In this document: positions 35,185 through 44,710 of the stretch, piece after piece
Layout of the letters: each line of letters starts with the position of its first letter
Numbering within the stretch: position 1 is the first letter of the stretch
Assembly: GCA_963850655.1 (NCBI GenBank)
Contig: CAWKMI010000004.1
Coordinates: forward strand, 10,026 to 74,025
Source of the DNA: an uncultured Gemmatimonadales bacterium
GTDB lineage: Bacteria > Gemmatimonadota > Gemmatimonadetes > Gemmatimonadales > GWC2-71-9
Reading direction: 5' to 3'
DNA length: 64,000 bases
Notes under the pieces: generated by a model
What the model was told of the DNA's origin: nothing
Database searches by the model: none
What the model saw: only the letters and a program-made list of their open reading frames with translations
Translations under genes and position numbers: made by a program

Positions 35185-35220
35185 GACCGGCGGCCCCGCG
35201 AAAGCGGGGTCGTTCGGTTT
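35185..35220 (+). terminator. Intrinsic terminator
   Basis: GACCGGCGGCCCCGC-GAAA-GCGGGGTCGTTCGGTTT. Confidence 0.75.
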
Positions 35221-35252
35221 CCCCCCCGAAGAGAGAGGCGAACACGCGGGAG

Positions 35253-35275
35253 TGGTGATGGGTGACCGGTGACTG
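35253..35275. repeat. Degenerate heptamer array (TGGTGAC-type x3)
   Basis: TGGTGAT GGGTGAC CGGTGAC TG, the reverse complement of the 35710 array. Confidence 0.65.
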
Positions 35276-35349
35276 AAAAGTGCGTTTGAAGGTGCGAGTG
35301 AGCGAAGAGGAGATCCGCCTCATCCTGGAGTCCGCTGTTTCATTTCGGC

Positions 35350-35691
35350 ATGGCTTCACATAATGACCTGATCGCCTGGCAATGCGCCCATGCCTCTGCG
35401 CTCGCGATCCACCGCTTCGCCGATGCCCACTGGAATCCACCAAGGGCGGCGGTCTTCGACCAGATTCGTCGAGCTTCCTTGTCTGTCCCATTGAACATCG
35501 CGGAGGGGTATGCCAGCGGTAGTGGGCCGCGATGTCGACTCCACTACCGGATAGCGTACGCCTCCGCAGTGGAGACCACCGAGTTGCTTGAGTTTCTCGA
35601 GGAGCCTGGCGCGAACGTCTGTGAGATGACGATTGCTTCCCGTCGGGTTCAGCGCCTGCTGTTTGGCTTGTGGAAGCACGCCAGGGGCTGA
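35350..35691 (+). CDS. Four-helix-bundle protein (23S rRNA IVS protein/bAvd-like family)
   Basis: DLIAWQ, DQIRRASLSVPLNIAEG, IAYASAVET. Confidence 0.9.
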   Translation: MASHNDLIAWQCAHASALAIHRFADAHWNPPRAAVFDQIRRASLSVPLNIAEGYASGSGPRCRLHYRIAYASAVETTELLEFLEEPGANVCEMTIASRRVQRLLFGLWKHARG

Positions 35692-35709
35692 CCTGGGGGC
35701 TGCCTCTAT

Positions 35710-35765
35710 GTCACCAGTCACCAGTCACCAGTCACCAGTCACCAGTCACCAGTCACCAGTCACCC
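35710..35765. repeat. Tandem heptamer repeat (GTCACCA)x7 + GTCACCC
   Basis: Read directly from the sequence. Abuts the pgi stop codon. Confidence 0.97.
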
Positions 35766-37111
35766 TAGTACCCGGTCCGCCCCATCGCTTTGAACGTCAG
35801 CACCTTCCCCAGCTCCACCCCCGGCTGGTCAAACGGATTCACGTCGTACCAGACGCCGGCGTAGCCGGCGGCGAGCTGGAAGAACATCATCAGGCGGCCG
35901 AGGTGGCGTGCATCGATCGTGTCGACTTCGAGGGTCATGCTCATCCGCCCCTGGGAGCGGAGGGCTTCCCGGGTGGCCTTGAACTCGGCGTCGAGCAGCT
36001 CGCCCATGGTCTTGCCCTGGAGGTAGCTCAGCTCGGGGCCGGCTCCGGGACGCGTGGGGATGCGCAGCATCTCGACGGTGTCGAGTACCCGGATGAAGGT
36101 GATCGTCTTGTCGAACGGTCCCTCGATGAAGAGCTGCACTTGCGAGTGCTGGTCGGTGGCGCCGACCGTGACGACCGGCGTCGGACCCCGGAAGGCCTCG
36201 CGGCCGCTCCGATCGACGCGCTTGCCCAGGCTCTCAGCCCACAGCTGGCGGTACCACTCGGCAAACTCCCGCAGGCGGTCGGAGTAGGGCATCAGGACGT
36301 GTACATTGGCGGCGCGGCTCACCTGGGCCTGCCACTGGAGCGCTGCCCAGCGGGCGGCGGGGTTGGCCGGCAGGGTATTGCTCTCCGCCTCGTCCACCGC
36401 TTCCTGGGCCCCGGCGAGCAGCTCGCCAAGGTCCATGCCGAGAAGCGCCGCCGGGACCAGCCCAACGGCCGTGAGGACCGAGAAACGACCACCGACATCG
36501 GGCGGCACCTCGAAGGCCACCAGCCCCTCCTCCCGCGCCAGGGCCCGCAGCGCCCCCTTGACGGGATCGGTCGTCAGCACGAAGTGTTCGCGGGCCGCCT
36601 CGGCCCCGACCGTGCGCTCGATCCAGTCGCGGACCACGAGATACTGGGCCAGCGTCTCGGCGGTGCCGCCCGACTTCGAGATCACATTCACCAGGGTCCG
36701 GCGCGGGTCGAACCGGTCGAGGGCCTCCTGCACGGTGACCGGGTCAACATTCTCGAGGACGGTGAGGGTGGGCCATCCGTCGCGCCGCTCCGCTGGCCAC
36801 TCGTTCCACGCCGGCGGCCGCAGCGCGCCGAGCAGCGCCTTGGCGCCCAGGGCCGACCCGCCGATGCCAAGGACCACCAGGTGATCAAAGCGGCGGCGCT
36901 GGGCCAGGGCCCACGCCTCGATCGTGCTGACGACCGCCGACTGGTGCCCGAGCTTCAGAAAGCCGTACTCGCCACCCTCGCGGCGGTGCCGGACCTCGGC
37001 CTGGACGTCCGTGAAGCGGTCGGCCAGTTCGACCGTTGCGGCGGGGTTGATCCCGTGGAGGCCATCGAGCTTGTCGCGAAACATCAGTGCGTCATCGAGT
37101 CGCAGCGTCAT
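35765..37111 (-). CDS. pgi: Glucose-6-phosphate isomerase
   Basis: GIGGSALG, ISKSGGTAET, VGGRFSV, QLWAESLGK, DQHSQVQ, NPFDQPGVELGK. Confidence 0.96.
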   Translation of the reverse strand: MTLRLDDALMFRDKLDGLHGINPAATVELADRFTDVQAEVRHRREGGEYGFLKLGHQSAVVSTIEAWALAQRRRFDHLVVLGIGGSALGAKALLGALRPPAWNEWPAERRDGWPTLTVLENVDPVTVQEALDRFDPRRTLVNVISKSGGTAETLAQYLVVRDWIERTVGAEAAREHFVLTTDPVKGALRALAREEGLVAFEVPPDVGGRFSVLTAVGLVPAALLGMDLGELLAGAQEAVDEAESNTLPANPAARWAALQWQAQVSRAANVHVLMPYSDRLREFAEWYRQLWAESLGKRVDRSGREAFRGPTPVVTVGATDQHSQVQLFIEGPFDKTITFIRVLDTVEMLRIPTRPGAGPELSYLQGKTMGELLDAEFKATREALRSQGRMSMTLEVDTIDARHLGRLMMFFQLAAGYAGVWYDVNPFDQPGVELGKVLTFKAMGRTGY

Positions 37112-37887
37112 TCCGGGATCTCCACGGTGAGACCGTCATAGCCGGGTTCGATTCCCGGAGGCAGCGCAGCCAGCAGGTCGTGATGGCTGGTCTCGTGGGT
37201 GAGGTGGGTCAGGTACGTCCGCTCGGCCCCGATCGCCTGGGCCGTCTCGATCGCTTCGCCGATGGAGAGGTGCGTCGGGTGTTCCCGCCACCAGAGCGCG
37301 TTCAACACCAGCACGCGGACACCGGCAAGCTGCTGACGAATGTCAGGCGGAATGCGCTTGACATCGGTGATGTAGGCGACCGGCCCGACGCGGTAGCCGA
37401 ACACGGTGGCATCGCCGTGATCGAAGCCAAGCGGCAGCACCTCGACTCCGGCGATGACGACCGGCACCCCGGCCACGATCGGGTGCAGCTGCAGGGAGGG
37501 CTTCGATGTTCCGGCCACCGGAACGACCGCGCTATCAAAGATGTAGTTGAACGAGTGACGGAGGTGAGCCAGTGTCTCGGCCGGACCGTAGAGCGGCAGC
37601 GGCGCATGCCGCGTGAGCGTGAACGAGCGAAGGTCGTCGATCCCGTGGACATGATCGGCGTGCAGGTGAGTGTACAGCACGGCATCGACCTGGGTGATGT
37701 CGGCGGCAAGCAGCTGCAACCGGAGTTCCGGCGGGGTATCAATCAGCAAGTGCGTCGATCCAGCCTCGATGACCGCGCTCGTCCGCGAGCGCCTGTCCCG
37801 CGGATCGTCCGAGTGGCAGACCGCGCACCCGCACCCGATCTGGGGAACTCCCATCGAGGTCCCCGTGCCCAGGAGCGTGAGCCGCAT
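37108..37887 (-). CDS. MBL-fold metallo-hydrolase (PhnP-like)
   Basis: LGTGTSMGVPQIGCGCAVC, THLHADHVHGIDD. Confidence 0.92.
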   Translation of the reverse strand: MRLTLLGTGTSMGVPQIGCGCAVCHSDDPRDRRSRTSAVIEAGSTHLLIDTPPELRLQLLAADITQVDAVLYTHLHADHVHGIDDLRSFTLTRHAPLPLYGPAETLAHLRHSFNYIFDSAVVPVAGTSKPSLQLHPIVAGVPVVIAGVEVLPLGFDHGDATVFGYRVGPVAYITDVKRIPPDIRQQLAGVRVLVLNALWWREHPTHLSIGEAIETAQAIGAERTYLTHLTHETSHHDLLAALPPGIEPGYDGLTVEIPE

Positions 37888-37889
37888 GC

Positions 37890-39338
37890 TCAGAGGGTCT
37901 CGACCTTGAGGAGATTGGTGGTGCCAGGGATGTCGAACGGGACACCGCAGGTGACCACCACGCGCGATCCCTCGCGAGCCATCCGCCGCGCGAGAATCTC
38001 CGTCCGGGCGATTGCCCACATCGGGTCGTAGTACTGGAAGTGGGGGATCAGGATCGGTACCACTCCCCAGGAGAGGGAGAGCTGGTGAAAGGTCTCCGGC
38101 TCCGGTGTCAGGGCCAGGATGGGCACCTTGGGACGGTATGACGATACGGTGCGGGCGGTGAATCCGCTCGACGTAAAGCAGACTACGACCTCCGCGCCGA
38201 GGAGATCCGCCGCCGCCGAAACCGCCACGGCGATGGCATCCTCGCTGGGCGTGTGCCCCTCCTTGGTTCTCGCGAAGTGCGGGGCGGGAATCTGCCAGCG
38301 ACGTCGCTCTCCATCCGTGGGGCCGAGGCGGTGCGCCTCGACCTCGCGGGCGATCCGGTCCATCGCCAGCACCGCCTCGATCGAATAGTTGCCCACCGCC
38401 GTCTCGGCCGACAGCATCACGGCATCGGTGCCGTCGAGGATGGCGTTCGCCACGTCCGAGGCTTCTGCCCGGGTCGGGCGCGGATTCAGGATCATCGATT
38501 CGAGCATCTGCGTCGCCGTGATGACCGGTTTGCCATGACGGTTGGCGAGCTTGATCAGGCGCTTCTGCACCAGCGGGACCTGCTCGAACGGCAGCTCCAC
38601 GCCGAGATCGCCGCGCGCGACCATCAGCGCGTCCGATGCCTCCAGAATGCCGTCGATGTTGGCCAGGGCGGTGTCCTTCTCGATCTTGGCGATCAACCGG
38701 ACGCTGGAGGGGATCAGGCGCCGCAGGTCCTGGATGTCCTCCGGTCGGCGGACGAACGACACCCCGATGTACTCCACGCCGAGTGCCACGACCCGGGCGA
38801 CCTCCTCGCGGTCGAGGTCGGTCACCGCTGGGGCGCTCACGTTGGCCCCGGGGAGGTTCATCCCCTTGTTGGACTTGAGCAGTCCGCCGTAGCGCACGCG
38901 GCCCTCGACGCGGTCTCCCCGCACGGCGGTGACGTCGACGGCGAGCAGGCCGTCGTCGAGGAGGATCCGTGATCCGGGAACCACATCACTGGCGAGCTCG
39001 TCATAGGTGGTCGGGATGTCGTCGCCGGTGTTTGTCGCCTCCGGGACGAAATGGACGACCTGCCCAGGGGCGAGCGGGACCGGTTCGGCCAGCTTGCCCA
39101 CCCGGATTCGCGGCCCATTCAGGTCCACCAGGATTGCGGTGGCCGACCGTCTCTGCTCACGGACCTTCTGGATCCGGCGGATCCACGTCTCCCGGATCTC
39201 GGGGCTGCCGTGGGAGGCATTGACCCGAATCAGGTCGACCCCGGCGTCGAGGAGGGCGTGCATCCGCTCCTCGCTCTCCCAGGCCGGCCCCAGTGTTGCG
39301 ACGATTTTGGTTCGGCGAATCGGTTCACCGTTTGTCAT
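37890..39338 (-). CDS. pyk: Pyruvate kinase
   Basis: RRTKIVATLGP, IAKIEK, MVARGDLGVE, ATQMLESM, PTRAEASD. Confidence 0.96.
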   Translation of the reverse strand: MTNGEPIRRTKIVATLGPAWESEERMHALLDAGVDLIRVNASHGSPEIRETWIRRIQKVREQRRSATAILVDLNGPRIRVGKLAEPVPLAPGQVVHFVPEATNTGDDIPTTYDELASDVVPGSRILLDDGLLAVDVTAVRGDRVEGRVRYGGLLKSNKGMNLPGANVSAPAVTDLDREEVARVVALGVEYIGVSFVRRPEDIQDLRRLIPSSVRLIAKIEKDTALANIDGILEASDALMVARGDLGVELPFEQVPLVQKRLIKLANRHGKPVITATQMLESMILNPRPTRAEASDVANAILDGTDAVMLSAETAVGNYSIEAVLAMDRIAREVEAHRLGPTDGERRRWQIPAPHFARTKEGHTPSEDAIAVAVSAAADLLGAEVVVCFTSSGFTARTVSSYRPKVPILALTPEPETFHQLSLSWGVVPILIPHFQYYDPMWAIARTEILARRMAREGSRVVVTCGVPFDIPGTTNLLKVETL

Positions 39339-39390
39339 TGGGACAAGATAGCGGTGGGCCCGATGGTCCGACACCGCCGGGGGCAGCAGG

Positions 39391-39753
39391 TGATCAACAT
39401 TTCAGGGCGTCTGTGGGCAACTTTCCTCCACATGCCCTGGCCATGCAACTTCTTGTCAGGCAAGGGACTGGGAGCCGGATCCTCGGGACTCCCACACTCC
39501 CTCCACAATCGTTTCAACCTCGAGATGGGGGAGCGAAATGATCTGCAAACATCTGTGGACGGGAAAACTTTCCCACACGACGTGGTGGGGAGAACTGCCG
39601 CTCTTCGCGCGCAAGCGCTTGTCCTGACCCTGAATCAAAGCCATCGCTGATTTCCACCTTCGGCCTATTTCCGGGCGGAAGAGTCCACATTTGATGCACA
39701 CGCCGGAGCGATGTTGACAATTTGCCGATTCTGGGAGCCCGTGATGTGGATCA
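39391..39753. promoter_or_regulatory. Cluster of about 12 DnaA-box-like 9-mers (candidate oriC or DnaA-binding locus)
   Basis: Includes TGTGGGCAA 39412, TCCTCCACA 39424, CCCTCCACA 39499, TGTGGACGG 39554, TTTCCCACA 39569, TGGGGAGAA 39586, GAGTCCACA 39681, TGATGCACA 39692, TGTTGACAA 39712, TGTGGATCA 39745. Confidence 0.6.
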
Positions 39754-39844
39754 CTGCCTCCAATCGTGCGACGCCGGTTTGGCGGTGAGTCTCTTCGTCA
39801 GATAGATTGCCGAGATCAGATTCCCCTCGACACATGGAGACGCG

Positions 39845-41260
39845 ATGCAGTCCGTTCTGGGACAGGAAGCCGCGAGACTCAATGGAGCGGTTCGGGTCAC
39901 CGCGCACGGGATCGATGTCGTGAATGCCGACACGCTGCAGTCCGAGGCGATGGACGATCTGGTCCGCGACGCGGTCTTCGGTGACGAGGCCATCCGAGGC
40001 GGTGCGCGGGCGCTGCTGTGGGAACTCGGGGCTGCGGTCGGCGTGCGTCCTGCCTCGATTCACGACTTGTACCTGGCGCGCGGGCGAGGGGAATGCGGCG
40101 GCTTCACCGTCCCGGCGATCAACGTCCGCATGATGGCGTACGACACGGCACGGGCCGTCTTCCGCGCGGCCCTCAAGTGCGAAGGCGCGGCCATCATCCT
40201 GGAGATCGCCCGCTCCGAGATCGCCTACACCGACCAGCGGCCGTCCGAATACGTCGCTGTGATGATCGGCGCGGCCCTGCGAGAAGGTTACCACTTCCCG
40301 CTCTTCATTCAGGGCGATCACTGCCAGGTCAACGCCAAGAAGTACCAGGCCAATCCCGACACTGAAGTGGCCGAGGTGAAGAAGCTCATCGCCGAGGAGA
40401 TCGCGTCGGGCTTCTTCAATATCGATGTCGACACCTCGACCCTGGTCGACCTCTCGTTTCCGGCCCTCGCTGAGCAGCAGCGGGCCAACTACGAGCGCGC
40501 CGCGGAAATCACCCGCTACATCCGCAAGCACGAGCCCGAAGGAGTGACCGTCTCGGTGGGGGCGGAGATCGGCGAGGTAGGGACCAAGAACTCGACGGTC
40601 GAGGAACTCGATGCCTTCATGGGCGGATTCAACCGCACCCTCGAAGGCATGGGCCACTTCCCGGGCATCTCGAAAATCTCGGTGCAGACGGGCACCTCCC
40701 ACGGGGGTGTGGTGTTGCCGGATGGCTCGATCGCCGAGGTCAAGCTCGACATCGCCGCACTCGAGGCCCTCTCCACGCGAGCCCGAGATGGCTACGGCCT
40801 GGCCGGGGCGGTGCAGCACGGCGCGTCGACGCTGCCTGCCAACGCCTTCGGCAACTTCGCCCGGGTCGAAGCCTGCGAGATCCACCTCGCCACCAACTTC
40901 CAGAACATCATCTACGATCATCCCGCGTTTCCCGCCGACCTGCGTGGCCGGATGTACGCCTGGCTCGATGAACACGCCCAGTCGGAACGGAAGCCGTCGG
41001 ACTCGGTCGAGCAGTTCTACTACAAGGCGCGCAAGAAGGCGATCGGTCCGTTCAAGCAGGACGTCTGGTCGTTGCCGGCGGCAGTGCGTCAGGAGATCAG
41101 TGGCGACCTCGAAGAGACCTTCACCTTCCTGTTCGAGCAGCTGCGGATCGGCAAGACGGCAGAGCTGGTGCGCCGTCTGACCAAGGTTTCCCCGCTGCAT
41201 TATGGGATGATTGCCCCTGCGGGCGTCCTCGCCGAGGATGATCCCGATGCTGGTGAGTAG
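39845..41260 (+). CDS. fba: Class II fructose-bisphosphate aldolase (long form)
   Basis: FTVPAIN, IQGDH, GAEIGEVG, GTSHGG, AVQHGAS. Confidence 0.9.
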   Translation: MQSVLGQEAARLNGAVRVTAHGIDVVNADTLQSEAMDDLVRDAVFGDEAIRGGARALLWELGAAVGVRPASIHDLYLARGRGECGGFTVPAINVRMMAYDTARAVFRAALKCEGAAIILEIARSEIAYTDQRPSEYVAVMIGAALREGYHFPLFIQGDHCQVNAKKYQANPDTEVAEVKKLIAEEIASGFFNIDVDTSTLVDLSFPALAEQQRANYERAAEITRYIRKHEPEGVTVSVGAEIGEVGTKNSTVEELDAFMGGFNRTLEGMGHFPGISKISVQTGTSHGGVVLPDGSIAEVKLDIAALEALSTRARDGYGLAGAVQHGASTLPANAFGNFARVEACEIHLATNFQNIIYDHPAFPADLRGRMYAWLDEHAQSERKPSDSVEQFYYKARKKAIGPFKQDVWSLPAAVRQEISGDLEETFTFLFEQLRIGKTAELVRRLTKVSPLHYGMIAPAGVLAEDDPDAGE

Positions 41261-41278
41261 CTCAGGAAAGGAATAGAC

Positions 41279-41758
41279 ATGTCTGACGATCGCGAAGTGA
41301 CGATCATCGAAGCCGAGGGTGCTTCCGGCTTCAAGTGGTTTCTCGTCGGGGCGGCCTTCGGGGCCGGCCTGGCGCTCCTGCTGGCACCCCAGTCGGGGGA
41401 GCGGACCCGTCGCGACCTCTCCCGGAACGCGCGCCGGCTGAAGCGACAGGCCGGGGCGAAGCTCGAAGAATTTGCCGACGAGATCGAGGATCGCGGCCGG
41501 CAGATCAAGGAGTCGGCCGCTGAGTTCATCGAGGAGGTCGAGGATCGCGGGCGCAGTGCCAGGGCCTCGGCCGAGGACTTTGTCGAGGAAGTCGCGGACG
41601 GTGTGCGCGACACCCACCGGCGGATCGAGCGGAAGGCCTCGAACGCCCGCGACGAGCTTGATCGTCGGCTGGCCGAGGCCCGGGCCCGCCGGCGCGCGGC
41701 GCTTTCCCCGGACGAAGACGCGACGGACGAGGAATCAGAACCTGACGAGAAGGAGTGA
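41279..41758 (+). CDS. YtxH-domain protein
   Basis: FLVGAAFGAGLALLLAPQSGERTR followed by a charged coiled coil. Confidence 0.88.
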   Translation: MSDDREVTIIEAEGASGFKWFLVGAAFGAGLALLLAPQSGERTRRDLSRNARRLKRQAGAKLEEFADEIEDRGRQIKESAAEFIEEVEDRGRSARASAEDFVEEVADGVRDTHRRIERKASNARDELDRRLAEARARRRAALSPDEDATDEESEPDEKE

Positions 41759-42723
41759 GCGAGCCGTCGGATGGTCCAGGGGAAAGCCCGCCACCAGGCG
41801 GGCTTTCCCCGTTGGCGCATCTCCCCCTACCGATCCAGCGACTGCTGGAGACGCTCGACCGCGCCAACCTGCCGATGCTGGCTTCGGCACTCACCTTCGA
41901 TGCCATGCTGGCCATCATCCCGCTGGCGATCCTCACCGTCGCGGGGCTCGGGTTCCTGCTGGCACGAATGACATACTTCGACGCGGCCGATCCAAGCGCG
42001 ATGTTCGTGGGCTTCCTGCCGAATCACGTCCACGGCGGCAACGGGGTGGATCCCTTCCTCGTGGTCGAGAGCGTCCTGGCCAAGATCCGCGGCTATCGCA
42101 GCCAGCTGACGCTCTTTGCTGTGCCGACGTTCATCTGGTTCAGCACCAGGCTGTTCGGCTCCATCCGCGTTTGCCTCACCCGGATCTTTCATGTGCGGCA
42201 ACGCACGGTGCGCGGCCACTTTGTGGTGTCCTACATTCTCGGATACCTGCTCGCCAAGCTGCGCGACCTGGTGATGGTGCTCGTCGTGCTCCTCCTCGCG
42301 CTCGTCAACACGGTGCTTTCCGCCGGACTGGCGATCTTCACGACGCGAGGGGTGACCCTCTCGGCCCCGTGGAGCTTCTTCGTGAGCCTGGGGGGGAGGT
42401 TGCTCGGAACTGCGGTCGCCCTGTTCTTCGGACTGGCGCTGTTCGTGACCATGTATCGGTACGCGTCGCCCAAGCGACTCGCCTGGTCTGGAGCCCTCCT
42501 CGCCGGTGGAGTGGCCACGGCCGGCTTCGAGATCGCCAAGCGGTTGTTCGGACTCTACCTGGCGCGGGCAGTGCAGGGCGGCCAATTCACGCTGGACGTG
42601 AACATCGGTGCGGTGCTGTTGCTGATCCTGTGGCTCTGGTACATGTCACTGGTGTTCCTGATCGGGGCGGCGGCGGCAGATGCCTGGGACCACAGTCGCA
42701 CAGCCCGGATGGCAGTGCACTAG
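41755..42723 (+). CDS. YihY/BrkB family membrane protein
   Basis: ASALTFDAMLAIIP, multiple TM helices, FEIAKRLFGLY..GAVLLLILWLWY..FLIGA. Confidence 0.88.
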   Translation: MSEPSDGPGESPPPGGLSPLAHLPLPIQRLLETLDRANLPMLASALTFDAMLAIIPLAILTVAGLGFLLARMTYFDAADPSAMFVGFLPNHVHGGNGVDPFLVVESVLAKIRGYRSQLTLFAVPTFIWFSTRLFGSIRVCLTRIFHVRQRTVRGHFVVSYILGYLLAKLRDLVMVLVVLLLALVNTVLSAGLAIFTTRGVTLSAPWSFFVSLGGRLLGTAVALFFGLALFVTMYRYASPKRLAWSGALLAGGVATAGFEIAKRLFGLYLARAVQGGQFTLDVNIGAVLLLILWLWYMSLVFLIGAAAADAWDHSRTARMAVH

Positions 42724-42841
42724 GAGAGATGTGAGACGAGAGTAGGGAGAAGGGGGACCGGCATCCGGAGTGTGCCCAGGGCCCCCACCCGGGATCTGAT
42801 CGACCTTGCCAGGCCATCGTTCTCGTCTCTCGTCTCTCGTC
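42724..42841. repeat. ORF-less element bounded by inverted heptamer arrays
   Basis: GAGAGAT GTGAGAC GAGAG.. at 42724-42758 and (TCTCGTC)x3 at 42821-42841. Confidence 0.6.
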
Positions 42842-42856
42842 GGGCTATATTCTCGT

Positions 42857-42954
42857 TGCCCCAGGTCCGAAGGATGCTGGCGTGCGAACCGCGTCAGGAC
42901 CTAACGGTAGCAGCGCTAAGCAATGTCCAGTGTCGCTTCGGGGTGCCTGGGGCA
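42857..42954 (+). ncRNA. ffs: Small bacterial SRP RNA (4.5S) with UAAC tetraloop
   Basis: Terminal stem TGCCCCAGG/CCTGGGGCA then a T tract. Core GAACCGCGTCAGGACC-TAAC-GGTAGCAGCGCTAAG. TATATT just upstream, canonical position before dnaX. Confidence 0.9.
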
Positions 42955-42982
42955 TTTTTTTCTCTCCGTGCCGGACCTGCCC

Positions 42983-44675
42983 ATGACCATCGCGCTCGCC
43001 CGCCGCTATCGCCCCCGTCGATTCGCCGACCTCCTCGTCCAGGACCATGTCGCGGCGGCCCTGCGCGGGGCCGTGGCCAGGAATCGCGTCGGGCACGGCT
43101 ACCTGCTGACCGGGCCGCGCGGGGTCGGCAAGACACCGCCGCCCGGATCCTGGCCATGGCACTCAATTGCGAGAACCGCGCACCGGCGATGGCGAACCGT
43201 GCGGTGAGTGCGCCACCTGCCTGCGAATCTGGAACGGCTCGGCGACCCTGGACGTGGTGGAGATCGATGCGGCCAGCAACCGCGGCGTCGATGACGCCCG
43301 CGACCTGCGTGAGCGGGCGATGTACGCTGCGTCGCAGGAAGGGCATCACAAGGTCTACATCATCGACGAAGCGCACATGCTCACGCGTGAGGCGTGGAAT
43401 GCGCTGCTGAAGATTCTCGAGGAGCCGCCGCCGGGAGTGGTCTTCGTCTTCGCGACGACCGAACCGCAGAAGATCGCCAACACCGCGGCCCCGGTCATGT
43501 CGCGCCTCCAGCGCTTCGATTTCCGCCGCATCGGTCCCGCGGCGATCGAGTCGCGCCTCCGCGCGGTGCTCCTGGCCGAAGGGCTCGAGGCCGAGCCGAT
43601 GCGCTGCTGCTGATCGCCCGGCACGCCGACGGCGGGATGCGCGACGCCCTCTCGGTGCTCGACCAGTGCCTCTCCTTCGGCGAGGGCTCCCTCGATGCCG
43701 CAGCGGGTGCGCGAGGTGCTCGGGCTGGTCGGCGACGATTCGTACGCGGCACTCCTGACCCTGGTCGCCAACCGGACGCCGGGCGGGGTGTTCGCCGTGA
43801 TGGATGCCGCTGGTCGACGCCGGCGCCGACCTCGCCGAGTTCGCCTCGGGTCTTGCCGAGGTGCTTCGCGCGCTGGTGATGCACCATTACGGCATCGCCG
43901 CCGAGGCGATCCCGGAGTCGACCCAGGCGGTCATCACGACGGCGGCGACCGGGATCGGTCCCGAGGACGCGGTCCGGATGCTGAAGCTCCTCGGCGAGGC
44001 CGAGCCGGCAATCCGCCGCAGCGCCAATCCCCGGATCGTCCTGGAGACGCTGCTGCTCCGCTGGGCGATGATGGACCGGGCGGTCGACCTTCGGGCCATC
44101 CTTGAAGGGCTCCCGACGCCGGCCGTGCCGCCGGCTCGCGCCTCAGTCGTCCCCGCCCGGCGCCGATACCAGAGAAGTCGGCGCCCCCGGCGAGGGCGCC
44201 CCGCAAGGCACCGGAAACGGCTCCTGCCGCAAACCCGTCGGCGGAACCGGTGCCGATGCCCGGCGCGATCCGTCGAATGCACCACGGAGGCGATTACGGC
44301 GGCTTGGAGCGGCATCCTGGCCGCGGCGGCCCGGCCAGAGCCGCCTCGTCAGTCAGGCGCTTGAGCACGCCAGACCTACGGTCCCCGAACCGGGGGTGGT
44401 GGAGCTGGCCTTCGGGCCGGACAGCGCGGTGTTCCGCGAGGGCGTCGCCAGGCAGCTGGCCACCGTCGAGGCGATCCTCGGGTCGAGCGTGGGGGCCACG
44501 GTGGTGGTGCGGATCGTCGAACGGACCGCGGCCGCCGGGACCGCGCCGATGAAGCCTGAGCGGATCTCCCGAGAAGGAATCCGGGACGAAGCGCCTGCAG
44601 CAGCTCCGTGCCCGGGATCCGGCGCTCGATGCCGCGGCTGACGCGTTAGATTTGGAGCTCGTCGACGAGGGATAG
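42983..44675 (+). CDS. dnaX: DNA polymerase III gamma/tau (frameshifted)
   Basis: [55 protein letters not shown]. Confidence 0.95.
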
Positions 44676-44710
44676 GTTCCCCCGTCCTTTCCGCGGAAGG
44701 CAGGGGGACG

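Noticed and set aside
35350-35691. Diversity-generating retroelement (Avd-like gene)
   Set aside because: No reverse transcriptase and no template/variable repeat pair seen in the window.
35710-35765. CRISPR array
   Set aside because: Contiguous 7-mers with no spacers and no cas genes.
33128-37141. Long ORFs 33128..35491(-) and 35633..37141(+), also 39665..41617(-) and the 5' part of 17501..19609(-)
   Set aside because: Antisense shadows of real high-GC genes, with no recognisable motifs.
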